Assembly: GCA_963843375.1 (NCBI GenBank)
Contig: CAWJKT010000015.1
Coordinates: forward strand, 64,001-128,000
Reading direction: 5' to 3'
Source of the DNA: an uncultured Pseudomonadota bacterium
Lineage (GTDB): Bacteria > Oederibacteriota > Muellerivitia > Muellerivitales > Muellerivitaceae
Length of the DNA stretch: 64,000 bases
The notes beneath the pieces are model-generated. The model did no database searches and was not told where the DNA came from. It worked only from the letters and a program-made list of their open reading frames with translations. Of the stretch, positions 19,650-30,675 are shown one piece after another. The stretch's first letter is position 1; each line of letters starts with the position of its first letter. The position numbers and the translations under genes are program-made.

Positions 19650-21745
19650 GTGAACATCGGAGATTATAAAGATGCTTTTTTGACGGAAGCCCGCGAGTAC
19701 TTATCGACACTTAATAATTCCTTGGTTTTGTTGGAAAAAAATCAAACTCAAACCGACGCCATTAATGATATTTTCCGAGCGGCTCATACACTTAAGGGGA
19801 TGGCCGCGACGATGGGTTACGATCCAATGGTGCGGTTGACACACCAAATGGAAACACTTTTGGAACCGATTCGTTCCGGGACTCAAAATCCTTTCTACCC
19901 GAATGGTAGATGTCCTGTTTGTTTGTTTGGATCAGTTGGAAAAATGGTTGGAAATTTTAATGACGCAAGATTTTATTGAGGAAGAAAGCCTTCAAACGGT
20001 TCTTCAATTGCTCTATTCGGTTTGGGATGACCAATCTAATTCAGATGTTTCCGGGATCGATTCTTTTACCCCCGAAATCGAAATTCCACTACTTTTCTCG
20101 GAATCGGAAAATGAAATATTGTCCCAAGCTAAGATAAATGGCTTTTCTATCTTTAAAATTATCAATCCAATTAGTCCCGGATTGTAATTTCAAAGAAGTT
20201 CGAGCTTTCATGATCCTAAAAAACATAAATGTGTTTGGCGAAATTGTTCAAAAGCCGTCCTATTCCCGAAGAAATTGAAAAGGGACATTTTATGGACCGG
20301 TTTATATTAGTTGTTGTGACTGATTGGAAACCTGAAAAAATCAAAGAATCGCTTTTGAATGTTGGAGAGGTTATCGATGTTAGAGTCGAGGACTTTGTGC
20401 CCAGAATCTTCTTCGGCTCCATTTACTGGGAATGAGGAAGTTTTGGGGCTGAATTCGAAAACGATTTCTCTTTCTCCGCCGAGTCAGTCGGTGGCCCCGG
20501 AAGAGCGGAAGATTATTTTACCTACCATCCGTGTCCATACCTCGAAATTAGATAAATTAATGGCATTGGTTCAGGAATTGGTAATTTCGAAAATTCGCTT
20601 TGAACAAGTTGCTACCTCCAAAGCATTGAAAGAGTTGTCGGACCCGCTTTCACAACTAAATCACATTACCGACGAACTTCAGGACGAAATTATGAAGGTT
20701 CGTCTGATGCCCGTGAAACAAATTTTCGAAAGATTTCCGAGGATGATTCGGGACTTGGCCAAAAATTTGAATAAACAAGTTGATTTGGAAATGGATGGAG
20801 CGGAAGTTGAATTAGATAGGACAGTACTAGAGGAAATGAGCGAACCACTTGTTCATCTTTTAAGAAACGCGGTTGACCATGGGATAGAAGAACCCGAAAT
20901 AAGGACCAAAGAAGGGAAGGAACCCTATGGGACCATCCGGCTTCAGGCTAAACGCGAGAGATCTTATGTTGTTATTTCCATTTCGGATGACGGTCGGGGG
21001 GTTGATCCGGATATTATTCGACAAAAATCTATTGAAAAAGGACTTGTGACCCCTGACGATGCGGCAAAACTAACAGATGAAGAGGTGATTCGTTTGATTG
21101 CCTTACCTGGCTTTTCAACCGTTGAAAATGCTACTGAAATATCTGGCCGAGGTGTTGGGGTTGATGTGGCCAAAACAAAAGTTGAAATACTTAGGCGGAA
21201 CTTTTCGGATTCTAAGCAAAAAAGGACATGGAACCACATTTATTTTGAAATTTCCGCTTACTTTGGCAATTATTAAGGCACTTTTAGTCAAGTGTAACCA
21301 GGAAATATTTGCCATGCCTGTTGTCAATATCATTGAAACGCTCGATGTTTTTCCAGCGGAGAAAAAATTGATTCAACAACAAGAAACTATTATTTTGAGG
21401 GGAGATGTTATACCCCTTTATCCACTTCAGGAACTACTGGATTTGCCCATTCCCGATGTTAGTTACATAACTGGACTGGAGACTGTTCTGGTGGTTGAGG
21501 TGGGGGAATCAAGAGTGGGATTGCGGGTGGATGAGGTAATTGCCCAACAAGAGATAGCCATTAAATCCCTAGATCGAATTTTAAAAGGCATACGTGGTTT
21601 TTCGGGCGCAACTATTCTGGGGAATGGTAAGATAGCGCTCATATTGGATGTGAATAGTTTGATCGAAGATTTAAAGGACAAGCGTTTTCAGGTTGAACAT
21701 CCTCTTTTTAGTAAGGAAGACGTTAATGCTTCTCAATCTCGATGA
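19650..21745 (+). CDS. cheA: Chemotaxis histidine kinase CheA with P2 domain (about five apparent frameshifts)
   Basis: Hpt FRAAHTLKGMA; P2-like DCNFKEVRAFMILK read across shifts; IRV...KLDKLM; HLLRNAVDHGIE; DDGRG; PGFST..SGRGVGVD; C-terminal CheW-like GATILGNG. Shifts near 19886, 20165, 20248, 20400 and 21190. Confidence 0.92.
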
Positions 21746-22340
21746 ATTAAATCCAGCTCAACTGGATGCGATAAAAGAAGTTGGAAATATTGGAGCGGGG
21801 CACGGTGCGACAGCCCTTTCTCAGCTTTTAGGGAAAAGAATCTTAATCACTGTTCCTAAAGCAAACATCATTCCCTTATCAGAGATTCCGAGCTTAGTGG
21901 GGGATCCAAATACCCTGGTAGCGGGGCTTACTTTGTCTATTTTGGGGGATGCAACAGGAAAAATTATTCTTTTGTTTCCAAGGGATTCAGCGCTTCATCT
22001 TGCGGACATGCTTTTAAAACAACCGATCGGTTCCAGCAAAATTCTAACCGAAATGGGACATTCGGCCATTAAGGAAGCTGGAAATATTCTAACCGGAGCT
22101 TACTTAAGTGCTTTAAATGAATTTTTGGGAATGTTACTCCTTATTTCAGTTCCAACTTTAGTTTTTGACATGGCGGGTGCCCTTTTGGCTACTGTCACTC
22201 AAGGGTTGGAAGATGCGACAAAAGTTATTTCGATTGAAACACGATTCATTGATGACAACAAAGAAATAGGCGGTTATTTTATTTTGGTTCCAGATGCGGT
22301 TTCGTTACGTGCTATTTTTCAAGCAATCAAGGTTAAGTGA
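21726..22340 (+). CDS. cheC: Second CheC phosphatase
   Basis: DAIKEVGNIGAGHGATALS and SAIKEAGNILTGAYL, so both ExxN motifs are intact. Confidence 0.92.
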   Translation: MLLNLDELNPAQLDAIKEVGNIGAGHGATALSQLLGKRILITVPKANIIPLSEIPSLVGDPNTLVAGLTLSILGDATGKIILLFPRDSALHLADMLLKQPIGSSKILTEMGHSAIKEAGNILTGAYLSALNEFLGMLLLISVPTLVFDMAGALLATVTQGLEDATKVISIETRFIDDNKEIGGYFILVPDAVSLRAIFQAIKVK

Positions 22341-22488
22341 GATTTATTGTTAGTTTTTTGCGGTTTTGAATAAGCCTTTATTTGCGCCTTTCTGATATTT
22401 AATAAGACCGTGTTAATATAATGCCATTAAATTCTATGTTTGCTATCAGCTTGAATAAGAGGTTTTGTGAGTTCCGACACCACCCTAA

Positions 22489-23565
22489 TTGAAAAACTCA
22501 TTTCACGTTGTGTCAAACCCGCCAATTCATCAATCAAATCTAGTTGCATGCTGTAAAGATATTCTGGAAAACTTCAAATTTGACTGTGTTTTTTTGGCTC
22601 GCGCTTCCAATGCCGAAGAACCCCTTTCGATAGTGGCATTAGATGGTAAGGAAGAAGTAATGGATACCTGCCTTTATCGGTTGGGGGTGGAGGAGCGAAA
22701 TGCACTTTCCAAACTTCCGCTAAAAACCTATTTGGATATAACTGGAAAACCTGTTTTCAATAAATCCGGGTCTCTTCGCATTCAAAAACCCAACAGCGGC
22801 GTGTTTATGGTATTGAACCGGGCAAAAAAAAATTATTTGTTATTTGGATGTGCTCATCAGAATTCGCAAGCTTATGATCATAAAACGCTGGAGGAGCTTT
22901 CCGCACTTTGGAAGCTGTGGCAGGAACCGTTGGAAAGAGCCGTTCTGCAAGTGTCCGAAACGGGGAAAAAGGACGGGGGAATTGATAATTCAAAGAATGA
23001 AACTGTTGTTGAAGAAAAACCGGGTTTCACTTTAATTAATTCAGTTACAACGCCCCAATCCCCTGAACTTAATCGAGATGGACGTCGCCCGATAGTCCTG
23101 GTGGATGAAGTGACTCGTCTTTTTAATAAAGAATATTTTGCCGAATGTCTTTCAATTGAGGTTGAAAGGGCGAAAAGATATTCCCGCTTGATGAGCCTTA
23201 TGTTTCTAAGCGTTTCACCTGTTGATGGCGTTTCAAGCAAACTGGATAAAAATCTAGTGGCGACACAAGTCGCTGAAATTCTTTCCAAGAGTCTTCGCCG
23301 GGTAGATGTAATCTGTCGGTTAGATCAAAATAAATACGGAATAATTCTTCCGGACACGGCGAATAACACGTATGGAATTATTGCGAAAAGAATTTTTAAA
23401 TTCTTCAAGCTAATTATGGGAGACGCGTCTCCTGTGTTTCTTAATATCAGTGCTTCTACTTATCCAAAGCATGCCGCGGACCATCATAGTCTTCTTGAGA
23501 ATGCTGAAAAACTTTTGGCTCAAGCGCAAGAGGTTGGGCCGAACAAAGCTGTTCTACCGGAATGA
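22489..23565 (+). CDS. Degenerate GGDEF-domain protein with an intact RxxD I-site
   Basis: DEVTRLFN..ERAKRY..LSKSLRRVDVICRLDQNKYGIILPDT. GGDEF is replaced by DQNKY and the DID motif by SVS. Confidence 0.82.
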   Translation: MKNSFHVVSNPPIHQSNLVACCKDILENFKFDCVFLARASNAEEPLSIVALDGKEEVMDTCLYRLGVEERNALSKLPLKTYLDITGKPVFNKSGSLRIQKPNSGVFMVLNRAKKNYLLFGCAHQNSQAYDHKTLEELSALWKLWQEPLERAVLQVSETGKKDGGIDNSKNETVVEEKPGFTLINSVTTPQSPELNRDGRRPIVLVDEVTRLFNKEYFAECLSIEVERAKRYSRLMSLMFLSVSPVDGVSSKLDKNLVATQVAEILSKSLRRVDVICRLDQNKYGIILPDTANNTYGIIAKRIFKFFKLIMGDASPVFLNISASTYPKHAADHHSLLENAEKLLAQAQEVGPNKAVLPE

Positions 23566-23949
23566 AACGGAAAATAATTTAGTTCAAGGTCATCAATCCA
23601 AGTGAATAACCGTATAAACCTTCCTGACCTCCATCTCGAGGGTGTTATTGGATTGCGTTGATGGTAGTCGGAAAAAAATCGTTTTCCCAGTTTCGATTGA
23701 AGTTTTGGTGAGATACACAAAAGGCCTTTGACGGATCAACGATTGGCCTCGGAGTTTAGAGAGAAAAGACTTGGTTCAATAGGTCGCGGAACCTTGTCGT
23801 TTCAAAAATTTCGATTCGCGAATTTTTGTGATTTAAAAATTTTAAAATCTGATATTCGAAAAGAATATAAAAAAACGTCAAATGAAAGTGTTTAAAAGGG
23901 TTTAATTAATTTTTTTCTTCTCGTTTTGCGACCTGAAAAAGCCGAAAAC

Positions 23950-23978
23950 TTGACAAACCCAACGGTACTACCTATTCT
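23950..23978 (+). promoter_or_regulatory. Sigma70-type promoter of topA
   Basis: TTGACA-N17-TATTCT, 68 nt upstream of the topA start. Confidence 0.7.
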
Positions 23979-24046
23979 TGCCCAATTATAAGAGGCACCT
24001 ATAAAATGGTTCTCGAATTGTAATCAACGCTTAATCGGAGATTTCA

Positions 24047-26386
24047 GTGGCAAAAACAAAAGCGAAAAAGGTACCGAACAAGAAATTAGTCATTGTTGAG
24101 TCACCTTCGAAAGCAAAAACAATCAATAAATACTTAGGTTCGGACTACGTCGTTTTGGCTTCGAAAGGGCATTTAATTGATCTTCCCAAGAGCAAGTTGG
24201 GAGTTGACATCGAGAACAACTTTGAGCCGAAGTATATCCCCATTCGGGGAAAAGCCTCCATTATTAAGGAACTCAAGAAGGCCGCCCAAAAGTCCACGGC
24301 TGTTTACCTCGCGGCCGACCCGGACAGGGAAGGTGAGGCTATTGGATGGCATATCCGAAATTTTCTTAGTTCCATGGAAACGGTACCCGTTATTTATCGG
24401 CTGCGTTTAAATGAGATCACTAAAGCTGCTATTGAGGAAGCGATTAATGCTCCCAGTGAAGTTGATATAAATATGGTTAACGCTCAGCAAGCTCGCCGTG
24501 TTTTGGATCGGTTGGTGGGGTATGGTATAAGCCCTCTTCTTTGGAAAAACATCCGAAGGGGTCTTTCGGCGGGACGTGTTCAATCCGTCGCTTTGCGCCT
24601 TATTTATGAAAGGGAGAAGGAGATCGAAGGCTTCAAACCTGTTGAGTATTGGACATTAGAAGCCGATTTCATCATGGAGGATGGTCGGGTAGTTCGCACC
24701 AAATTGGCTAAAATAGACGGTGAAAAAACCGAACTAAAAACGCAAGTGGACACCCAAGCGTTGATTGATCGTATAAAAAGCGCGGATTTCAAAGTTACGG
24801 CTGTTTTACACAGGGACAAATCAAAAAAACCCCCAATGCCTTTTACCACTTCTAAGCTTCAACAAGAGGCCTATAAACAATTAAGGTTTGGAGCCCGCAA
24901 AACCATGTCGGTGGCCCAAGGACTCTATGAGGGAATTGAGGTTGGTGAATCCGCTCCGGTTGGTTTGATTACCTATATGCGCACAGATTCCAAACGTGTT
25001 TCCCCCGATGCGAAGTTAGAAGCGGCTAAATTTATTGGTCAAACCTATGGCGAAAAATACTTGGGGCCTGGTGATCGTGATACTTCCAGCAAAGGCAAAA
25101 TTCAGGACGCTCATGAGGCTATTCGGCCGACTTCAGTTTTCCGAACACCGGATCAAATGAAAAATTTTCTTACGCCCGAGCAATTTAAACTTTACCAATT
25201 GATTTGGGAAGACTTCCTGGCGAGTCAAATGAGTAACGCCCTGTATCGAGAAACGAGCGTGGAAATCGGCGCCAATAATGTGGTTTTTCGAGCCACTGGA
25301 ACTGAAACTGTTTTTGAGGGTTATACCAAAGTTTATGAAGAAGCCGCCGATGAGGATAAAAAAGAAAGCCAGGGTGAGGGGGATGAAACGGGCCAAGTGA
25401 ATCCCAATAAACTTGCGGGTATCAGCGAAGGACAAAAAGCTATTTGGAAGGAGCCGTTTCCAGAACAACACTTTACCCAACCTCCCCCACGCTTCACCGA
25501 CGCCTCCATGGTTAAGACATTGGAAGAGATGGGAATTGGGAGGCCTTCCACTTATGCCCCGACCCTTGAAACCATTCAAACGAGACATTATGTAAAAAAG
25601 GAAAACGGGCGATTTTTTCTTGCCGAATTAGGAAACTTGGTTCTGGAAATATTGATGAAAAATTTTCCTGTAATTTTGGATTATGCTTTTACGGCCAAAA
25701 TGGAAGGGGAGTTGGACCAAGTTGAATCCGGCGAACGGGAATGGCGGACCGTCATCCAAGAATTCTATACGCCATTCAAAGACACCCTTGCTGAAGCGGA
25801 AAAACTTATTGGCGAGGAAAAAAGTAAAATCGAGCAAGTAACCGATATTCCTTGTGAAAAATGTGGCCAGATGATGATAGTAAAATGGGGACGTCATGGG
25901 AAATTCCTGGCTTGTTCCAAATATCCGGAGTGCCAGAATACAAAAAGCCTTAAAGAAACGACGGATGGTTCGATTCAAGTCGATGTGGATACAAAAACCG
26001 ATGAGAAGTGTCCAAAATGTGGAGCCGATATGGTCGTCAAAATGGGGCGTTTCGGAAAGTTCCTGGCTTGTTGCAAATATCCGGAGTGCAAGACAGCCAA
26101 GCCTATTTCGCTCGGCATTAAATGCCCGTTGGGGTGTGGTGGCGAAGTTGTTTCCCGCGGTTCTCGCCGGGGAGTTTTCTATGGTTGTAATAAATATCCC
26201 GATTGTAAATTCATATCTTGGTACAAACCAGTCAACCGCGCCTGTCCGCAATGTTCCAATCCTTACTTGGTGGATAAGTATCTTAAAACCTTGGGGCCCC
26301 ATATCGCCTGTCCGAATAAGGAATGCGACTATAAAGAATTTCCAAAATCGGAAGCCCAACCAGCGGAAGTAGCGCCAACGGCCTAA
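24047..26386 (+). CDS. topA: DNA topoisomerase I with C-terminal zinc ribbons
   Basis: LVIVESPSKAKTI, AADPDREGE, SAGRVQS, GLITYMRTDS, QDAHEAIRPT, GIGRPSTY and repeated CxxC zinc ribbons. Confidence 0.97.
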   Translation: MAKTKAKKVPNKKLVIVESPSKAKTINKYLGSDYVVLASKGHLIDLPKSKLGVDIENNFEPKYIPIRGKASIIKELKKAAQKSTAVYLAADPDREGEAIGWHIRNFLSSMETVPVIYRLRLNEITKAAIEEAINAPSEVDINMVNAQQARRVLDRLVGYGISPLLWKNIRRGLSAGRVQSVALRLIYEREKEIEGFKPVEYWTLEADFIMEDGRVVRTKLAKIDGEKTELKTQVDTQALIDRIKSADFKVTAVLHRDKSKKPPMPFTTSKLQQEAYKQLRFGARKTMSVAQGLYEGIEVGESAPVGLITYMRTDSKRVSPDAKLEAAKFIGQTYGEKYLGPGDRDTSSKGKIQDAHEAIRPTSVFRTPDQMKNFLTPEQFKLYQLIWEDFLASQMSNALYRETSVEIGANNVVFRATGTETVFEGYTKVYEEAADEDKKESQGEGDETGQVNPNKLAGISEGQKAIWKEPFPEQHFTQPPPRFTDASMVKTLEEMGIGRPSTYAPTLETIQTRHYVKKENGRFFLAELGNLVLEILMKNFPVILDYAFTAKMEGELDQVESGEREWRTVIQEFYTPFKDTLAEAEKLIGEEKSKIEQVTDIPCEKCGQMMIVKWGRHGKFLACSKYPECQNTKSLKETTDGSIQVDVDTKTDEKCPKCGADMVVKMGRFGKFLACCKYPECKTAKPISLGIKCPLGCGGEVVSRGSRRGVFYGCNKYPDCKFISWYKPVNRACPQCSNPYLVDKYLKTLGPHIACPNKECDYKEFPKSEAQPAEVAPTA

Positions 26387-26396
26387 GGAAACTTTC

Positions 26397-27260
26397 GTGC
26401 AAGACTCCATTCAAAAAGCTCAAATCCTTGTAGAAGCATTTCCCTATATCCGTCAGTGGTATGGTTCCACCGTTGTTGTTAAATATGGCGGAAGTACAAG
26501 ATCGGGCGCAGAGGAACTCAAAACAACCTTACAAGACATTGTCTTAATGAAGTTTGTGGGAATGAGGCCTGTAGTTGTCCATGGTGGCGGAAAAGATATT
26601 ACCCGGTTAACCGAAAAAATGGGGATACATTCCAAATTTGTTGATGGCCTTAGAGTGACAGATTTACCGACCATGGAAATTGTTGAAATGGTGTTGGGGG
26701 GAAAGATTAATAAAGAATTAGTGAGTGTTATCCACCAATTGGGCGGTTCGGCGGTGGGGCTTTCAGGTAAAGACGGGGCAATGTTAGAGGCTTCGCGAAT
26801 TAAATCCAAATCTGGAAAAGATATAGGTTTCGTTGGGAAAGTCGCAAAGGTGAATACTGCAGTTTTGGAAACCCTCGATCGTGAACAATTCATTCCCGTG
26901 ATTGCCCCCTTGGGCCTAGGTAAGGACGGGCAAACTTATAATGTGAACGCCGATGAGGCAGCTGGCGCTATTGCGGGGGCATTGAAAGCCGAAAAATTGG
27001 TATTTCTAACGGATGTTCCGGGCATTTGCCGAAAAAAGGATGACCCAAAGACGCTCTTTTCAACTGTTAGGGTTAAGGAAGTTCCTAAGCTCCTCAAGAG
27101 TGGTGTCATCTCGGGTGGAATGATTCCCAAAATCGAAGCTTGTCTTCATGCGCTGAAAACGGGTGTACATAAGACCCACATCATTGACGGCACCCTACCC
27201 CATGCACTGCTTTTAGAAATTTTCACACCTAAAGGGGTTGGAACGGAAATTGTTCCTTAA
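26397..27260 (+). CDS. argB: Acetylglutamate kinase
   Basis: VVKYGG, VVHGGG, GLRVTD, GLSGKDG, YNVNAD, GGMIPK and LLLEIFT..GVGT. Confidence 0.95.
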   Translation: MQDSIQKAQILVEAFPYIRQWYGSTVVVKYGGSTRSGAEELKTTLQDIVLMKFVGMRPVVVHGGGKDITRLTEKMGIHSKFVDGLRVTDLPTMEIVEMVLGGKINKELVSVIHQLGGSAVGLSGKDGAMLEASRIKSKSGKDIGFVGKVAKVNTAVLETLDREQFIPVIAPLGLGKDGQTYNVNADEAAGAIAGALKAEKLVFLTDVPGICRKKDDPKTLFSTVRVKEVPKLLKSGVISGGMIPKIEACLHALKTGVHKTHIIDGTLPHALLLEIFTPKGVGTEIVP

Positions 27261-27339
27261 ATTCTATAAATAAAGCCAAAATATACAAAGCCATGGCTAT
27301 CAAGTTCTTGATAGTTCGTTTATTGATGTAACCTACCTG

Positions 27340-27348
27340 TGGTATAAT
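27340..27348 (+). promoter_or_regulatory. Extended -10 promoter upstream of nrdR
   Basis: TGGTATAAT, 40 nt before the ATG at 27389. Confidence 0.5.
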
Positions 27349-27388
27349 CCGGCCGATATTTTTACCACAACCTGTTGAGGAGTTGTTC

Positions 27389-27847
27389 ATGAAGTGCCCC
27401 TTTTGTGGACATCAAGAAGATAAAGTCATGGATTCAAGGCCCAGCAAAGGCGGTTCGGCGATTCGCCGTCGTCGGGAATGCTTGAAATGCGAGAAACGTT
27501 TCACGACCTATGAACAAATAGAAGAAATACTTCCTATGGTTGTTAAACGCGATGGACGCCGAGAACCTTTTGATCGTTTGAAGATTGTGGCCGGCATTCG
27601 CAAAGCAGTTGAAAAAAGACCGGTTTCCTCTGAGAAAATTGAAGCTCTGGTGGATGACATTGAAAATACATTGATGGAACGAGCCGCCAAGGAAATCAAT
27701 TCCACTGAGGTGGGAGAAATGGTTATACGTCGGCTGCAGGACTTGGATGATGTGGCTTATGTGCGGTTCGCAAGTGTTTATCTCCAGTTTAAGGACATCA
27801 ATGCTTTCATGGATGTTGTTAAAAAGGTTCTAGCCCGAAAAAGCTAA
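27389..27847 (+). CDS. nrdR: Ribonucleotide reductase transcriptional repressor
   Basis: [30 protein letters not shown]-cone VVKRDGRRE and [10 protein letters not shown]. Confidence 0.97.
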   Translation: MKCPFCGHQEDKVMDSRPSKGGSAIRRRRECLKCEKRFTTYEQIEEILPMVVKRDGRREPFDRLKIVAGIRKAVEKRPVSSEKIEALVDDIENTLMERAAKEINSTEVGEMVIRRLQDLDDVAYVRFASVYLQFKDINAFMDVVKKVLARKS

Positions 27848-27880
27848 CTCAGAAATCAAAACAAATTAAATTAGGGGAAA

Positions 27881-29194
27881 ATGATGGCGAACATTATTCC
27901 ATTTCGCGGACTTCGTTACCGAATGACTGATTCCAAAAAAATGATGAAGGTAATGGCGCCTCCTTATGACGTTATTTCTCCCCAACAAAAGCGGGAACTT
28001 AAAACGGCCGATCCGCATAACGTCATCCGCCTGATTATCGGAAATCCCAGCCACGAAAAACATAAGGCTTCTGATTACCAATCGGCGAAAAAAACATTTG
28101 CAGATTGGCAAAAGAAGGGAATCCTAATACGTGATAGTGAAAAATCAATCTATGTTTATCAACAAACTTTCAGCAATTATGGAAAAACCTACCACCGAAC
28201 CGGATTTGTGGCTTTATCCCAATTAACACCTTTCGGAAATAAGAAGGGTGGAATCCTTGCGCACGAACACACTTTGAGCGGACCCAAAGCCGACCGCCTC
28301 AAATTAACCAAGGCTTGCAGAGCCAATTTCAGTTGTATCTTTTCCCTTTATCCGGATAAGGGAGGGGTTGGCAAGGTTTTGAAAAAGATCACCGCGACGA
28401 AAGCCGATATTACGGTCGAATTTCCTACAAGTATTCAGAATCGGGTTTGGAAGATTTCCGACGTCAATGTGATTAAAGAAATTCAGAAAAAAATCAAGAA
28501 TGCCACGCTCTTTATCGCGGATGGACATCATCGATATGAAACTGCATTGACCTATCAAGCCTTTCGGGCCAAGGGTTTGCGGGGTAAACCAGGTTCCCGA
28601 CCTTTTGACTTCGTCCAAATGATGTTTGTCGCGATGGAAGACCCGGGACTGGTCATTCTACCAACCCATAGGATGCTTCCGAAAAGACTGATTTCCTCAT
28701 CGTCGCTTTTACTGAGTCGCTTATCGTCACTGGGAGAAATTCACGAATTCAAAAAACCTTTGAAGGGGTTGACGCCATGGCAGTGGATGGAAAAACTGGG
28801 AAAAAAACAACCTACAATCGGGATTTCTTTTGATGGGAAAAAACTTTATGCCCTTAGGTTTTCGAAATTGGTTGTCCATTCTCCTTTGTTAAAAGATGTT
28901 TCTGACGCCCAGAAGAAATTAGACGTGACTCTTTTGCACAGGTTAATTCTTGAACCATTCTTTGGGATCACCAAGGAAAAAGTGGAGCATGAAATTTCTT
29001 TTACCAGTAAAGCGGAAGAAGCCGTGGAGAGAATGCGTAAAAACGAATTCGCTGCCACCTTCTTTTTAAACCCCACGCGTATCGAGCAGTTAAGGGAAGT
29101 GGCTTTGAAGCAAGAACGCATGCCGCAAAAATCCACTTACTTTTACCCCAAGCTTGTCACGGGCCTCGTGATAAACAGTTTGGATTCTTTTTGA
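27881..29194 (+). CDS. DUF1015-family protein
   Basis: PFRGLRY, APPYDVIS, HEHT, FIADGHHRYETA, ILPTHR and MPQKSTYFYPKL. Confidence 0.9.
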   Translation: MMANIIPFRGLRYRMTDSKKMMKVMAPPYDVISPQQKRELKTADPHNVIRLIIGNPSHEKHKASDYQSAKKTFADWQKKGILIRDSEKSIYVYQQTFSNYGKTYHRTGFVALSQLTPFGNKKGGILAHEHTLSGPKADRLKLTKACRANFSCIFSLYPDKGGVGKVLKKITATKADITVEFPTSIQNRVWKISDVNVIKEIQKKIKNATLFIADGHHRYETALTYQAFRAKGLRGKPGSRPFDFVQMMFVAMEDPGLVILPTHRMLPKRLISSSSLLLSRLSSLGEIHEFKKPLKGLTPWQWMEKLGKKQPTIGISFDGKKLYALRFSKLVVHSPLLKDVSDAQKKLDVTLLHRLILEPFFGITKEKVEHEISFTSKAEEAVERMRKNEFAATFFLNPTRIEQLREVALKQERMPQKSTYFYPKLVTGLVINSLDSF

Positions 29195-29290
29195 TCCGTA
29201 AGGCTATAGTTTTACATGAGGGCTTGCCTGAAATTGCCAAGCGAAGGTAGAATCAGCCTTCGTTTTGATCTCCGTTTACCTGAAATCTGA

Positions 29291-30592
<1,302 letters not shown>

Positions 30593-30630
30593 TTGTCGGG
30601 GTTGTAAATGTGAATTGAGATTTTTTATTT

Positions 30631-30664
30631 ATAGGAAGGTGGGTTTTCCCACTCTCTTGTTTTA
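30631..30664 (+). terminator. Possible intrinsic terminator after eno
   Basis: GTGGG-TTTT-CCCAC core hairpin with an extendable imperfect stem, followed by a T-rich run. Confidence 0.4.
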
Positions 30665-30675
30665 TTAAGCGAGGT

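Noticed and set aside
16415..21745. Calling cheC/cheD/cheW/cheA true pseudogenes
   Set aside because: The same single-base error pattern hits gapA, tpiA and lpxC, and catalytic motifs are intact, so sequencing error is more parsimonious.
25628..26410. 260-aa minus-strand ORF, plus similar ones such as 57672-58352, 299-832 and 39797-40321
   Set aside because: These are antisense shadows of well-conserved genes (topA, gapA, nadC, lpxA) with no recognisable motifs.
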